Source: Schmidtea nova
Lineage: Eukaryota
NCBI GenBank assembly: GCA_044892505.1
Contig: CM097883.1
Location: forward strand, 95,542,001-95,606,000
DNA: 64,000 nucleotides
Direction: 5' to 3'
Shown: piece by piece, positions 33,900 to 46,329 of the stretch
How the letters are laid out: each line of letters starts with the position of its first letter
Position numbering within the stretch: position 1 is the first letter of the stretch
The notes under the pieces: model-generated
What the model was told of the DNA's origin: nothing
Databases searched by the model: none
What the model saw: the letters and a program-made list of their open reading frames with translations, nothing else
Program-made: the position numbers and the translations under genes

Positions 33900-34000
33900 T
33901 TGGTGCTGTGTCAACGTTGTGAAATGACAAGGCAGGTGAGCAACCTCGCGGCTACTATTCCCTTGTTTATTCACGGGTCCACCACTACCGATAGAAGGTG
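33900..34000 (+). other. Conserved structured motif, copy 2
   Basis: gtgaaatgacaagg pairs with ccttgtttattcac around caggtgagcaacctcgcggctact; followed by cacgggtcc...ctaccgatagaaggt. Confidence 0.6.
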
Positions 34001-34164
34001 TTTGTGGATTTCTTTCGGTCCCTTTATAACGCGCTCTTTCCTTTGCTCTAGGGTTAATTCAGTTATTAGAGTACCTGTAACCTCAAATAAATCGGTTTTA
34101 CTTTACATTTTAATTTACAATCATGCTTCAAGCAAACAACTCAAGTCATTCCGTGATAATACAT

Positions 34165-34803
34165 TTATTTATAATTTAACAAAACAGATGGCCGGATCAC
34201 GTTTAATAGTTCCTGTTCGGAGAGTCCGCTGAGTAGGTCAACCTCAATGCCCAAACGTTCGGCATAGGCTCGACGCTCTCGACGTTTCTTTGCTCCGAGG
34301 CGATTTCGACGCTTTGTTCTCTGGGATCCTTTCGGAATTATCGTTGTTGATTCAGTAGTCGTTGTTGCGGTCGTCTCCGTTTCAGTCTGGGTACTTGTGG
34401 TGACCGCTATCGAGTCTACCCATCTGTTGAATGTACTTGCCCTGATCATTGGGCGTAACTGTTCCGTGATAAACTCTTGCTTCGAGGCTCTTAGATAATT
34501 GGTCAGTTCCAATTTTAATGCTGCGACTTCTCTTGCCTGTTCTTCGGCTGCCTGTTCTGCTCGGTATCTCGCCTGTAGGATGGCCTTAACCCTCTCGGGG
34601 TTGAACCATGTCGTCTTTACTCGTTGATGTTCCTCGCTTAACTGACGTAAGCGGCTCTCGAGGACCTTGGAGCGAGCCTTGTGCTCACGAGCATCCTGCC
34701 TATAGTTTCGAGAATTGTTCACGTTCATGTCTACAAAATGTGATGTTAATTTATGTAGTGGAAATCTATCCGTCTCTCTATTCGTGTCTTTACGATCAAT
34801 CAA
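34165..34803 (-). CDS. Coiled-coil protein with Thr-rich linker and Arg/Lys-rich C-terminus (probable retroelement accessory ORF)
   Basis: Intact 212-aa frame; heptad-like AEQAAEEQAREVAALKLELTNYL; basic KRRNRLGAKKRRERRAY. No family recognised. Confidence 0.5.
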   Translation of the reverse strand: MIDRKDTNRETDRFPLHKLTSHFVDMNVNNSRNYRQDAREHKARSKVLESRLRQLSEEHQRVKTTWFNPERVKAILQARYRAEQAAEEQAREVAALKLELTNYLRASKQEFITEQLRPMIRASTFNRWVDSIAVTTSTQTETETTATTTTESTTIIPKGSQRTKRRNRLGAKKRRERRAYAERLGIEVDLLSGLSEQELLNVIRPSVLLNYK

Positions 34804-37139
34804 CTACTCCTTATTCCTATACTCGTCGCATGCATTCCGAAAACAAAACAAGAAACCCTTTTCAAACAGACGTTTATTTTAATTTTAACATGTGATTAAC
34901 TTGATCTCCTGATTTTTCTGAGTGTGACCTTCTCTCCTCTAACAGAAAGATCGTAAATCTTGATCAGCGGGATTTTCATCTCGGCGGATTCCGTTTGCGT
35001 GATATAGCTCCGGGGATGGGTGCCAGCTCAACTTGCCTTGGTGTATGAACACCTCCCACAAGCGGAGATCTTTGGATTCAGGATGGCGATCCAACGTGAC
35101 GCTTCCGGGAGCGTTCGAGTAGGATTGGACTTCCCCAGTGTCGCTACACCGAGGCCTGTCCAGCAGCTGATATCCAAGTTGATACAGCGATTGGCCCGTC
35201 ATCGCTTCCGAGCTTAACAACCACCGTGGCTGTCCGGATTCGTCCAGAAATTGATAGAATCACTGGGTGGGTCTCCGCTCCGGGGGTCTCGAAGATGACG
35301 TCCAATTTGCGTCTCCCTCCCATCGAAATTGTATCCGGAACGCGCAGGCTGGGACGTTAGCGGCCACGTTCATGTGCCGTCGCATCCATCGACTCAGATG
35401 TCGGCGCGCTAGCTCGGCGGTTGGCCGTGGGGCGTCCTTTTCCCCTTGAATTTCGGTCATGTAGCTGTGATGGGCGACAGATCGGACCTGCCGTTTCCTT
35501 CGAGAGAGATGACCCTCCTTTGTCGCGGGTGGCGAGACCGATGGCGAATTTGAGAGTTTTTCCTGTTTCATGCCTTCTTTCTGAACGAAATGGTGTTCGA
35601 TTTTAATCATCCGACATTAATTTTTATCGGCTATATATACTTGGTCAACTGCGCGAGTAGTAATCGGTTTTAAGTAGGCCTTACCCGTCCGGTGAGTTGG
35701 TCGCATTATGAATGATGAATGAATTATGTAGGACGGAATGTTGGTAGATCATACTCAGTTGAGTGGTTTTAACTCCGCTTTTAAACTTAATTTATTTAAT
35801 CGCGAATCAGCACATCATGGCTTACGATATTATTTTTATGTTTATTTTAGCAGACATTCTCCGTTATTCACCACCCATCTCATCAATAACTACCAATGAC
35901 CATCTTTCTCTAGGTGATTAGGGCGATTCCCTAAACAATGGGTTTATTGTCTAGCATATCTTCATTTCATGTTGAATGTGTAGTTATTCATAATGCTTGT
36001 CGTCGGGTAGATGCATGTGATACAATGCACTGTTGATCTATTATCACGCCCCCTGTTATACGTGCTTCCTATTCCCGAGGTCTTCGGGTTTAACAATATA
36101 CGTCTTTGATTGCCTCTACACTCATCTGAAAAATTAATCGACTGGATGCAACTTGATACCCTCTGTGCATACCCCTTATCTGGATATCGCCGTGACGGAT
36201 AATACGCTTACTGGACTACCCTCATCCATGTTGAAATTATGATTTAGATAATGTTATTAGACACCCTATGTGCACACTCCCCTGTCCCGATTACTAAATG
36301 GTTAGAACACCTATGGTCCCGCCGCATCGGTACCTCACATGAGAATGTGTTGCACCGAGAGGCCAAGAATCCGTCAGGCTGTTAGGCCTCCGGAAAAATC
36401 CTTATTGATTTTAATATCATTATAATTATGAGAGTTTAAAATAACTTAAAGGACAACTCAAACATACCTTTATTTCCGATCGATTCGCAAGGTTGTTACA
36501 AGTTGTGACAGTAAATTCACACTCGATAAAAATGACAGGTAAAAGTTGACCCTCATACTGATTTCGCTTCAGTATATATACTAGTTTGGTGTTGTTGGTC
36601 AGCCAATCAGCATCGAGTATGTGTGTCTGTCTGGTCATTCTTTTGCGTTTGTCGGCTTTTTGCTGTCTAATTTAACTCACTGATTTGTTTGTTTAATCAT
36701 GCGGTAAGTTTTCTTGGTCATCAATTTATTTTATTTTATTTTTGTTTCAGGTCTTCGGTGATGTCCGCCCACCTGTTGTCATTTTCAGATTTTATCTGAT
36801 TCGCATGAGTGAGTTTTTAAGATTTATGTTATTCTGATTAATGCTTTATTTCTTTTAGATGTTACCGCTTATTTGCTACCTTTCGGTGTTGGTAATTTAT
36901 TTTGTTGTTATTTTTTTGTAGATTTATTTTATTGATTGTGTATTATTTTTCAGATGCTGCTCGATTTGGCTGGCCCAACATCACTCGGGGTCCCCTAAAA
37001 TTGCGTCCCGCAATTACATGCATATACCTACATCAACATACCTAAAAAGTTCGTGACAGAACTTACATTCAAAACCACATAAGGTGGTAGCTTTTATACA
37101 CATTTATACAAAGTCACACATTGTCATTGTCATGTTTAT

Positions 37140-37675
37140 ATTGTTACACAGTTCAATGTTTCTGGCTCATAGGGGTCGATTTTCAGGTCCTTTCACTGGT
37201 TGACTGCATTTCGTATCGGGCTTGAATTTGTCGCAGATGGCTTCTCATTCTTTGTCGGGTTTTTGCTTCTCTTCTGGCGCATCTACACATTATCGTTTGT
37301 TGTTGTTTGAGGCCTTTGATTCGATATAGGGTATAGGTAATCACGATGATCAGGATGATTGTTTATATCGTCATTGTAACTATTCCGACGATGATCCATC
37401 TGTTTCATTTTTCGGATTCGATTTGGGTTTGCCCTTTGATTGGATTTTATGCGTGAAAGGGTTAGTGTTAATTTGGCAAATTCCAGCCATTTTTGTGGAG
37501 TGCCATTTTCATCGGTGAAGTAGTTTGGTAGGTTGGGTTTTGGGTTAATTACCGAATTTATGGTGTGTGTGTTTTCGGGGTTGTAATAGTAGTTGTTGTT
37601 TTGGTGTTGGGAGTGTGTGTTTTCGATGTCCGTGGGTGTTTGTGAAATGTTTGGGTTTGCTTGGTTCGATACCAT
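37140..37675 (-). pseudogene. gag: Truncated gag N-terminus of a second LTR element
   Basis: Lies just downstream of a PBS; LPNYFTDENGTPQKWLEFAKLTL resembles the start of a gag capsid domain. Confidence 0.5.
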
Positions 37676-37813
37676 TTAATTGTATTGTTGAGCTTGACTG
37701 AAGGATATAGCCTACTGTGTTCGGCTAAAAGTGACGTTAATCCTTATACCTCTATAATAGGTATGCTAAAGGCGTTAACGCTTGAAAAAAAACGGCGAGT
37801 GTGTGTTGTGTTG

Positions 37814-37826
37814 ACTTCTGACACCA
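37814..37826 (-). promoter_or_regulatory. Primer-binding site TGGTGTCAGAAGT (tRNA-Leu-type)
   Basis: Classic gypsy PBS, 2 nt after an LTR ending ...TTTTACA on the minus strand. Confidence 0.8.
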
Positions 37827-37828
37827 GT

Positions 37829-38231
37829 TGTAAAAATTAATATTTACTTGTTTAGACTGTTTTAAGGTAAGTTGTTGTCAAAATGCGCAGGGAGAAATGT
37901 AAGTGCCCGAGAGAGTCAGCCCAATTATTGTGGGGACACTCGGGGTGTATGTTGTGTAGAAATTACAGAAATAATAACAAAATATAAATTTCTACAAGAT
38001 ATAAATAACAACAGAGTAACTCGGTTAATTTAACAAATTTTATTTAACCAAAATGAAATGAAAAACCACTATCAATTACTTTGTTTTTTTGGTGGTGGTA
38101 AATAGGATACTGTTATAGGATAGGATACTGTTATTATTTTCGAATGTTGTATATAGTAGTTATCTTCTGTGATTACCGTTATTATTTTCGAATGTTGTAT
38201 ATAGTAGTTATCTTCTGTGAGAGCGGTGACA
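37829..38231 (-). repeat. 5' LTR (TGTCAC...TTACA), containing a 48-bp tandem duplication near 38130-38220
   Basis: TG...CA termini on the minus strand, adjacent PBS and gag. Confidence 0.65.
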
Positions 38232-38673
38232 GTTAGATTAGAGGCCAATTTAGTCCGGGCAATTTGATTATTTAGTGAGAAGAAAGACGAATTGAGATTA
38301 ACTTGCTTTGATTAACTTGAATTTCCAATTTCTTTTTTGTCTTCGTCTTTTCACTTTTCTTTTGTTATTTTTATCAAAGTTTCTTAAATTCTGTATAATA
38401 CTGCTTATTTGCTTTTTGACGTTGATATATTTTTCAATCAATATTTTTTAATTTCTGATTTCATAGCTTACTATAGTTTATTACTATAGTAAGCTGAAGA
38501 ATTCAAATTTTAAATTTGAATTCCTATAATAATAATAATAATAATAAAAAACATAACCCCCAACATAAAGCGCCTAAATAACGTAAAGGGGGGGGGGGTT
38601 CCGGTATGCACAGTACCATACTCAATACAAATAATAAATAAAAATAATAATAAATACAAATAATAGATAAAAA

Positions 38674-38802
38674 NNNNNNNNNNNNNNNNNNNNNNNNNNN
38701 NNNNNNNNNNNNNNNNNNNNNNNNNNNNNNNNNNNNNNNNNNNNNNNNNNNNNNNNNNNNNNNNNNNNNNNNNNNNNNNNNNNNNNNNNNNNNNNNNNNN
38801 NN
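38674..38802. other. Assembly gap (N run)
   Basis: 129 N. Confidence 1.
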
Positions 38803-38959
38803 ATGACTATAGATCAAAATTTTTTTTTTATAAACAATAACACAATATTTCGGCACAGCCTTTATCAAGTGTGTATTTCTATCGTTATATTTACTTAATC
38901 CTAAATAGTAGCCTTAATTATTTTTTTAATATTTTATAATGATTTTATTGGATGAAAAA

Positions 38960-40025
38960 ATTTATTTTAATTTTTTTGTGCGAATTGAATGTTGATGGAC
39001 GGTTTGTATTTTTTTATGAAAAAAGTCTCGGAAGCTAATCTTTGTAATGAATTTTTGAATCCCTCTTGTAGAATCTGACATTTTGTTTCTTCTATAGATG
39101 GAGTTGTTTTATGTACTTTCTCCCAGTGTTCGTAATAATTACTGGTTTTGATTTTAGTGTGTTCATTAAGTCGGGTGCGAAAAGTTCTGTGTTTCTCCTA
39201 TGTAAGTAGCGTCACATTTTTGGCAAGAAAGTTTATATACTATATTTTTGGAAAAGCAAAAGCATCGGGTTGTGGAACGGCAAAGACATTTATGTTTGGA
39301 GATGTTGGAAATTGGTGGCTTTCGGAGTTGTGATTTTAACCGTGCGGAGGTTATGAACGTTGGACGGATGTGGATAGGCAAATCTGTTTGATTAAAAATG
39401 TTGGTGATTTTGTTGGCTGTAGTGTCATTTAGGAAAGGTAATCTTAGATATGTTGTGTGTTTGTTATTGTTATTGTGTTTCTGGCGTTTCCTATTGTTGC
39501 GTTTATTGTGGTATGGTTCGTTAAGGAAGTGTTTCTTTACAAATTCTTCAGGGTATCCATTTTGGAGGAATCGTATTTTGAAGGTTTCTAATGTTTCTTG
39601 TATTTTGTTTGCGTCTGAACAGTTTCTTATGGCTCTCTTTCTTTCTCCTATTAGTAATGCGATTTTGCGTTGAAGTGGAACGTGGCTTTTCCATGGGAGG
39701 ATATGACCGCTATGAACTTTTGGAATATAGCTCGGTGTTTGCATTTAGTGTATCTTGGCCTTTTGTGAAACTTACCATGGTATCTAAAAACGGTATTTTA
39801 CCTTCTGTGTTCGGTGTTTCAAAAGTGAATTTTATGTTGGTGTTAGTAGAATTTGCGTGTGATAGGATTTGATTGAGAGGGATTGTGGAGACTATGAAGA
39901 TGTCGTCGATGTATCGTTTCCAGAAAAGTATTTTGTCCCCAAAAAAAGATATGATCTTAGATTCTATAAAGTTCATGTAGAAGATGGCTAAGATGGGAGA
40001 AAGGTTATTACCCATGGCTAATCCA
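38960..40025 (-). mobile_element. 5'-truncated Penelope-like element (RT C-half + GIY-YIG endonuclease), frameshifted
   Basis: GLAMGNNLSP, WKRYIDDIF, IKFTFE, IPFLD, NGYP; Cys linker KCLCRSTTRCFC; VYKLSCQKCDATYIGET, then after a 1-bp shift TFRTRLNEH and RLASETFFIKKYKPSIN. Confidence 0.9.
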
Positions 40026-40849
40026 TGAATTATATATATATATATATATCGTCATCAAAATCATTAAACTCAGAATTTTGCGACTCCTACCTGGGAGACA
40101 CGTCAAAGGTTAATCTCTAAATTTCAAGAAATTCAATTTAACATTCTGTCGAGCACTCTTGCAAAGAACCCATCGAACAAATTCGAATTAGAAATGTAAG
40201 ATCATTTCCCATTGGGAATAGGGAGCCCACGAATCATACCCTCGATCGTTCCCTGTTAAGTATTTGAATTTTTATTTTATTGATATCAATCTTTACCCTA
40301 TTGTTATTTTTACACATTTGAATTATATTATTACGTTTAAATTTTTATTGTTTTCATTCATTTTAATGCTTAGATTTAATCGAATTTGATACATTTGATA
40401 AAATCGAAAATTTGTTCTGATTTAGATTTATGACACCTGTCACATTGTCCCAATGACTCAAAATAATCGTACATGAATTCAATCTTATTTTTATTTATTT
40501 AACATCATTATTATTATCAAAAGTAATTTTTTTCTTCTTTACGTTTGATGATGGTCCAGTGATAAGTTGTATCGTCATTAGTCATTTTGGTGAATCATCA
40601 GTTAGCTAGAGTTCGTTCAGCTTTTTGATCCAAATTTTCATCAAAGTGTGCGCAAACATCCAATCACGCTTCATTTTGTACTTGACTAAAGGAGGAGTAG
40701 TGGCTTGGCCAAGCGCAAGTTTGTTAAAATTAAAATTTATTCGCATTATACTACAGTAGTTTTTTATATCTATATAAAGCTAAGTGATAATCACAACCAC
40801 ATAAAAGTTTTTACTTAGCAAAATCTATAGAAATTATGCATCATATCGT

Positions 40850-41700
40850 AATCACTATCGCTTTTGTAGTCGAGAAACAATTCCATTTTTGCAACTTGTA
40901 TTGACGGCTATTGTATCATTTTCATATTTCTCCAAACTTCAAATTCATCTAAAAGTTCCGCCATTACCGTAAAGATGTCTTCCACAGTGTCATTTTTACA
41001 AATTAATATACCAAGATTGATAGTTCGGACAGTACTTTTTAAACAAATAACTTGACACTCATGATTTGATATCCGCTTCTCATCAAAATCTAAACAGAAG
41101 TCAGTTTCAGTTTGCAGTATGGATTTTATTTGCAAAATTTTCTTTTCTCCTTTTCTGATGACTCGTCACCAAATTCCACTTTGTGACGGTTTTGTAACCT
41201 GCGAGGCTTCTTTACTTGATAAATTACTGCAGAATTTGGAAGCTTGTTTAGTAGTCAGAGAACATTTGGTAAACAAATTCGCTACCGACGTCGTGCTTTC
41301 ATATATTTTGCACCTTTCCTCAACCTCACATTAAAAGTTGGGATCTTCTAAATTGGAATCCTTGCCACGTGTGGATTCATTAGATCCAACACAATTAACT
41401 GCTTCAATTGTTTCATCTTGAGATGTCTTGCGGCGTTTTGATGGGTGAAAAGACGACATAGGTGCCGGTTTTGCTGTTGTATAGCCAACGTAAGAATAAT
41501 TCTGCATTTTATACAATTCTTGATTTTCGGAACACAACCATTCGCCATCTGAATTTGTAATGTCGAAGACATGTATCAAATCCTTCTTAAACTCTTCACT
41601 TTTCGTCTTCCGATATTTTTCATATGCATGAACTAATGCACTTATTTTCCATTACCCTGTTGTTTTGACACCATAGGGAAACTTAACTTTGGATGGTATA
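40850..41700 (-). pseudogene. DNA-transposon DDE transposase relic (resembles the Cc8K15.2-like invertebrate family)
   Basis: FDITNSDGEWLCSENQELY...GYTTAKPAPMSSFHPSKRRK and LGILICKNDT...ELLDEFEVWRNMKMI; recognised from memory of the family; stops present. Confidence 0.5.
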
Positions 41701-43921
41701 TTTGTACTCCAATTATATTTGATTTTAATTAGTTGAACTTTACTTTAATCGGAAAATTATTAATGAAAACTTTTAATTTTTGATCTATGATTTCGGGTAT
41801 TCAAAGTTTCCAAATGAATTATTTCGAAAATTTTTTATGTACTTTGTTTGGAAATTTTGTAAACGATTGAAATTATTTTTTATAGGAATAAAATTTTATT
41901 ATCAAAAATGATATATTATTAAAAATTAAAAATTCAAATTGAACTTTGGAGTTATAAAAATTGTAAAGTAATAATTAAATCATGGGAATTAATTAAAAAT
42001 TTATAAAATTTAAAAATTAAGACTTTGCATTGGAAATTGGTATGGGTGTATGCTAAATTATGAGATGAATCCAAAAATGGTAAAATAAAATCTATGGGGG
42101 GGTCCTCAGAAGGAAAGTATTAAAATTTATTTAATTGATTACTTAATTAATTGGTTAATGGGAAAATCGAGCTAATGAGAAACCCGAGCCAATATGGAAC
42201 CCGAGTAGTGTGTGAAACCTGGACGAGATTATTAGCCCCAATAAAATTGATGTCGAAAGTAACCCGTGGAGGATAATTAACGAAGGTATAATTGATGTCC
42301 TGTTTTAATTAAAGTAATTAGGAAATAACAATAGGAGACACCGCCAGACCGCCTTCTGGAGAAAGCTCAATAAAAACGAGCAGTATATAAACAATATAAA
42401 AAATCCCAGAAGTTGCCAGAGTGGTCAAACAAAAACGGTGAGCAAAATTTATTAAAAGAACAGTTAACCAAATAATAAAAGAATTAAACGAAGTGAAGAA
42501 AAAAGTTGAGAGAGCTAAAAGGGAAAGTTAAAGTTAAATTTATTCTTCACCAGAAGGGGAAATGTTCCATTGGGAGATTTATCCCCACACACAATCAAAA
42601 AGCAGTTCAAAGTTATTGTGAATTTTTATACAGACTTGTTGTTGTCAGAATATATATTGAGGAGTTGTATTTACTGTGATTTCAAATAAATATTTCTATG
42701 TTGGGTTATTTTCGTGAACTAATCATAAGAACACCAAGGAGTCAGAACAACAGCACCGGCTTAATTAATAAATACCCAACAATATTATTTTATAAAATAC
42801 CCCTCCTGAAATCAAGAAATAGCACATTCACCCATAGTTGCAAATTTGTACACCATTTCAATCAATAACGTCATCTATATCTATACCACACCTAAAAATT
42901 TATTCATCTGTAATTATATATAAATTACACTGTTTCATTCATTAACATCCCCTTCACAAAATGCTGCATCCAGAAAATTTATATAAAAATCTATTCATTT
43001 ATATTCATCGTTAAATTACCCATGTCATCCCAATAACATCAAAATCAAATAACAATCAAATCAACACACTGAAAATTGACTATTTGAGCTATAAAAGTAC
43101 ATACAATTTATCAACTTGCTACTCATAACATCCTACAGCATTAATAAATTATCTTGCAAGTCACGATATCCTATAAACAAATTACTTGCAACTATTAACA
43201 CCCAATGACGGTAACTAACTCGTAATTCATGATAACCTACAATCAACGCTCCCTCTAAGCTGAGTGACTGAGCGGCCGCTCACCTAAAATTATATTTCTG
43301 CCCAGCCAAATAATTTTCCGCACACCTGAAATTTTTTCAATTTTTTTTCTCCAAATTTTCAGAACCTTTTACTTTTGTTCTATGAAAATCAAATTTTGCG
43401 ATTGCGAATTTAGTAATTTTTGCTGGGAATTTCAATTTATATAGTGAAGTTGGCAATGCTGTGAGTTTATTGCCATAAACTTTCCAGTGTGAAAGTTATT
43501 TATTTATATTTGCATTGAACAGAAAAAAATGCAACAAAAAATGCAAATTAATAGATTTAGTGCATCACTAACATGATTAAACTTTAGATATTTAATTAAT
43601 AGCTTAATAAGTAAACAATTCCCACATAAATTTTTTGCAGCTCATGCTGTGAAATTATTAGAGGGGACGTTGCCTACAATATTATTTGGCTTCTTGCAGC
43701 TTATAACATCCCAAAGTATTAACTATTTTATTTGAAAGTGAAAACATCCTATAAAATTAATTATCGCGTAATAATTAACACCCTGTAACATTAATTATCT
43801 AGCAACTTTTAACACCCATTAAATTTAGAATATTATGTAGGAAGTTACTGTATCACTCAGTAAGATGCATGCTGATCTAGACGTCATATTTAAGAAAATT
43901 AATTATTAATTGTTATAAGAA

Positions 43922-44300
43922 ATGGATCACAATCAAATATTATATGCGAAACATAACTCATTGTGTGAAATTATTATCTTACCATACTTATTATTATATT
44001 AGTAAATTTCTAGCCTAACCTTATTATATCGCTATTTATTTCGTATTAAAAAATCTAAGAAAATTCAACTTCGACAAGAAAATTAGCCGAAGGTTAAATT
44101 AAAAATAAAAATGGATCACAATCAAATATTATATGCGAAACATAACTCATTGTGTGAAATTATTATCTTACCATACTTATTATTATATTAGTAAATTTCT
44201 AGCCTACCCTTATTATATCGCTATTTATTTTGTATTAAAAAATCTAAGAAAATTCAACTTCGACAGAAAATTAGCCGAAGGTTAAATTAAAAATAAAAAT
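43922..44300. repeat. Two-copy tandem duplication, ~189-bp unit
   Basis: atggatcacaatcaaatatt... at 43922 and 44111, nearly identical. Confidence 0.9.
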
Positions 44301-44819
44301 TCCAAAATATTTATATTTCATGACAATCACACACAAAACTAAAAATCGCCTAAAGCTTGTGAAACATCGAGCCATAGTTGCTTCAGTTCAACAATAAAAA
44401 AAATTCAACCAAAGGGCGAATATTTTGTTTAATATTGCAACAAGGAAAAAATTCCATTCGATATGGGCTAAATTTTCCAGACGGTAGAGAAGTTTAGCCA
44501 TAGAGGCTCAGCAGTAGAATTGAACTCGAGAGGATAAATTCCAATTTCGATAGCAAGACGAGGAAATTGAGAGAATTGGCCGCTAAAATATCCCTGATAC
44601 ACAATTCGTGATCATATATAGAAATGTAAATTCGCTAGGTTTCTGTAATAGTCGATTAACAATTACCCAAAATACAGCAACAAAGTAAGTTAAATTAGAA
44701 TTTGCAGATCATTTAAATCTCGATGCACTACCTATCTCTCTCTAGTCACAAATAAATAACTGAAGGGGTTTGTAGTGCCTCCGTCATATAAATATATTTA
44801 TTTATATTTTAAATAATTG

Positions 44820-44852
<33 letters not shown>
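44820..44852. repeat. (TA)n microsatellite
   Basis: Direct reading. Confidence 0.95.
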
Positions 44853-44859
<7 letters not shown>

Positions 44860-44904
44860 TATAGAAATTTATAAAAAAGTGTTGTTTTAATAACATAACG
44901 CATG

Positions 44905-45085
44905 GCAGATTTTAACTTTAGAAGCAGAATTTAACTTTAGAAGCAGATTTTAACTTTAGAAGTAGAATTTAATTTTAGAAGCAGATTTTAACCTTAAAAG
45001 CAGAATTTAACCTTAGAAGCAGAATTTAACTTTAGAAGCAGAATTTAACTTTAGAAGCAGAATTTAAATTTAGAAGCAGATTTTG
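44905..45085. repeat. 20-bp minisatellite (gcagaatttaactttagaa), ~9 copies
   Basis: Direct reading; contiguous units without spacers. Confidence 0.9.
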
Positions 45086-45188
45086 GAAGAGAATATAAAC
45101 ACTTTATAAGCAGTTTTAAAAGAAGCACAAGAAGATACCTTTTGAATAAATGTTTTATTTTTACCTTATCGTATTGACTTTAGTTTTA

Positions 45189-45217
45189 GGGGTATCGGCA
45201 ACGAAAGTTGCAACCCC
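45189..45217 (+). repeat. Helitron-like hairpin ggggtatcggcaacgaaagttgcaacccc
   Basis: gcaac-GAAA-gttgc stem with outer gggg/cccc; related to 11629-11666. Confidence 0.4.
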
Positions 45218-46329
45218 AATAGGGTTGTTAAAATATCAATCTACAATTCGTTAATTAAATTCACCCAAAAATCGACAAAGAAATTACCGATTCATAGAAA
45301 GAAGATGAAGATTATAATTCCTTTTGATATTTCCTACCTAAAGATAACTACAAAAATTAATAAATAGCTACACCAAACGCATAAATTAAGGTCCGGATAG
45401 ACAACAATTAAGGTATCTATAAGAATAAATTATTTTATATATAGAAAAAAATATACATACCTACTGCAGCTGAGGACAGCGAAAAAAAGCACGGTCATAA
45501 ATTACGGGCTTATACTATAGAAAATAAGAAAAATAAATTAGGTAAAAAAACACACACATACACAAAACACAAAAAACCTATAATGAAAAGTACAAACACA
45601 TGGACATAATTTAAGTGACAGTCTTTAATTAAGGGATTTTACAATTTTAAAAAATCATGATTTATGAAGATATTTCAGAAGCTTCGTCTGAATCAACCAT
45701 GCCATTTTTTGGAGAAGATCAAGGAGAAATGTAAATTTACAATTATACACCGTATAACGATGAGCAACATCTCCTATAAAATAAAATAAAATTACACTAT
45801 AGAAATTCAAAACACTCACCTGTGTGTTATAGGTGTGCTAAAATTTATTAACATCCTTTATTATGTGGTAAACAAAAAGGATAGAAAAATTTTGTAAACC
45901 ACAAAAAGACATTATATAGTAAAAACTGCATGCAAACTTTTAATGGGTGCAAATCTAATCAATCACTACCATCCCATAATAAATCTTACGCACACAAAAA
46001 AGTTGATATTTTATTCATTTTAATTATTTTTTTATCGATTTTTAAAATGAAATTAAAAGCAAAATCATTGAAAAAAAATATATTTCAAGACCGCATATTG
46101 TAAGATGTCTTTTTCATTTAAAAATAAAATAAATTTTTTATAGCAAATCCGATAATTCTGAAGGCTCCAAGTTAAGCTTTCGGGAAAATGACCAGCCAAA
46201 TTTGTAAAAATTATTTTTTTTAATATTTCATTAAATCAAAATTTTTATAGAATATCATTTAATGAAGGGCAATAAAGTTCTACAGGGCTTGGTTTGGAAA
46301 GAAAAACTAGAAAAAAAGGTTTTATTGGT

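Larger units (their letters stand above)
33420..37018. mobile_element. Long LTR-like segment (GC-richer) with internal ORFs and introns
   Basis: Sharp end ...cccgcaattaca at 37018 (TG...CA-type terminus) interrupting a gag fragment; higher GC than the flanks; left boundary uncertain. Confidence 0.4.

Noticed and set aside
33936-33960. HDV-like ribozyme reading of acctcgcgg in motif copy 2
   Set aside because: No P1 partner, no GG for P1.1 after it, and no 3' strand complementary to a P2; the topology does not fit.
42090-42760. Possible solo LTR or DNA-transposon end
   Set aside because: TE-like composition and a polyA-like signal, but no partner repeat, TSD or clear termini could be identified by eye.
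44905-45085. 20-bp repeat as a coding repeat or CRISPR
   Set aside because: Unit is not a multiple of 3, stops occur early, and there are no spacers.
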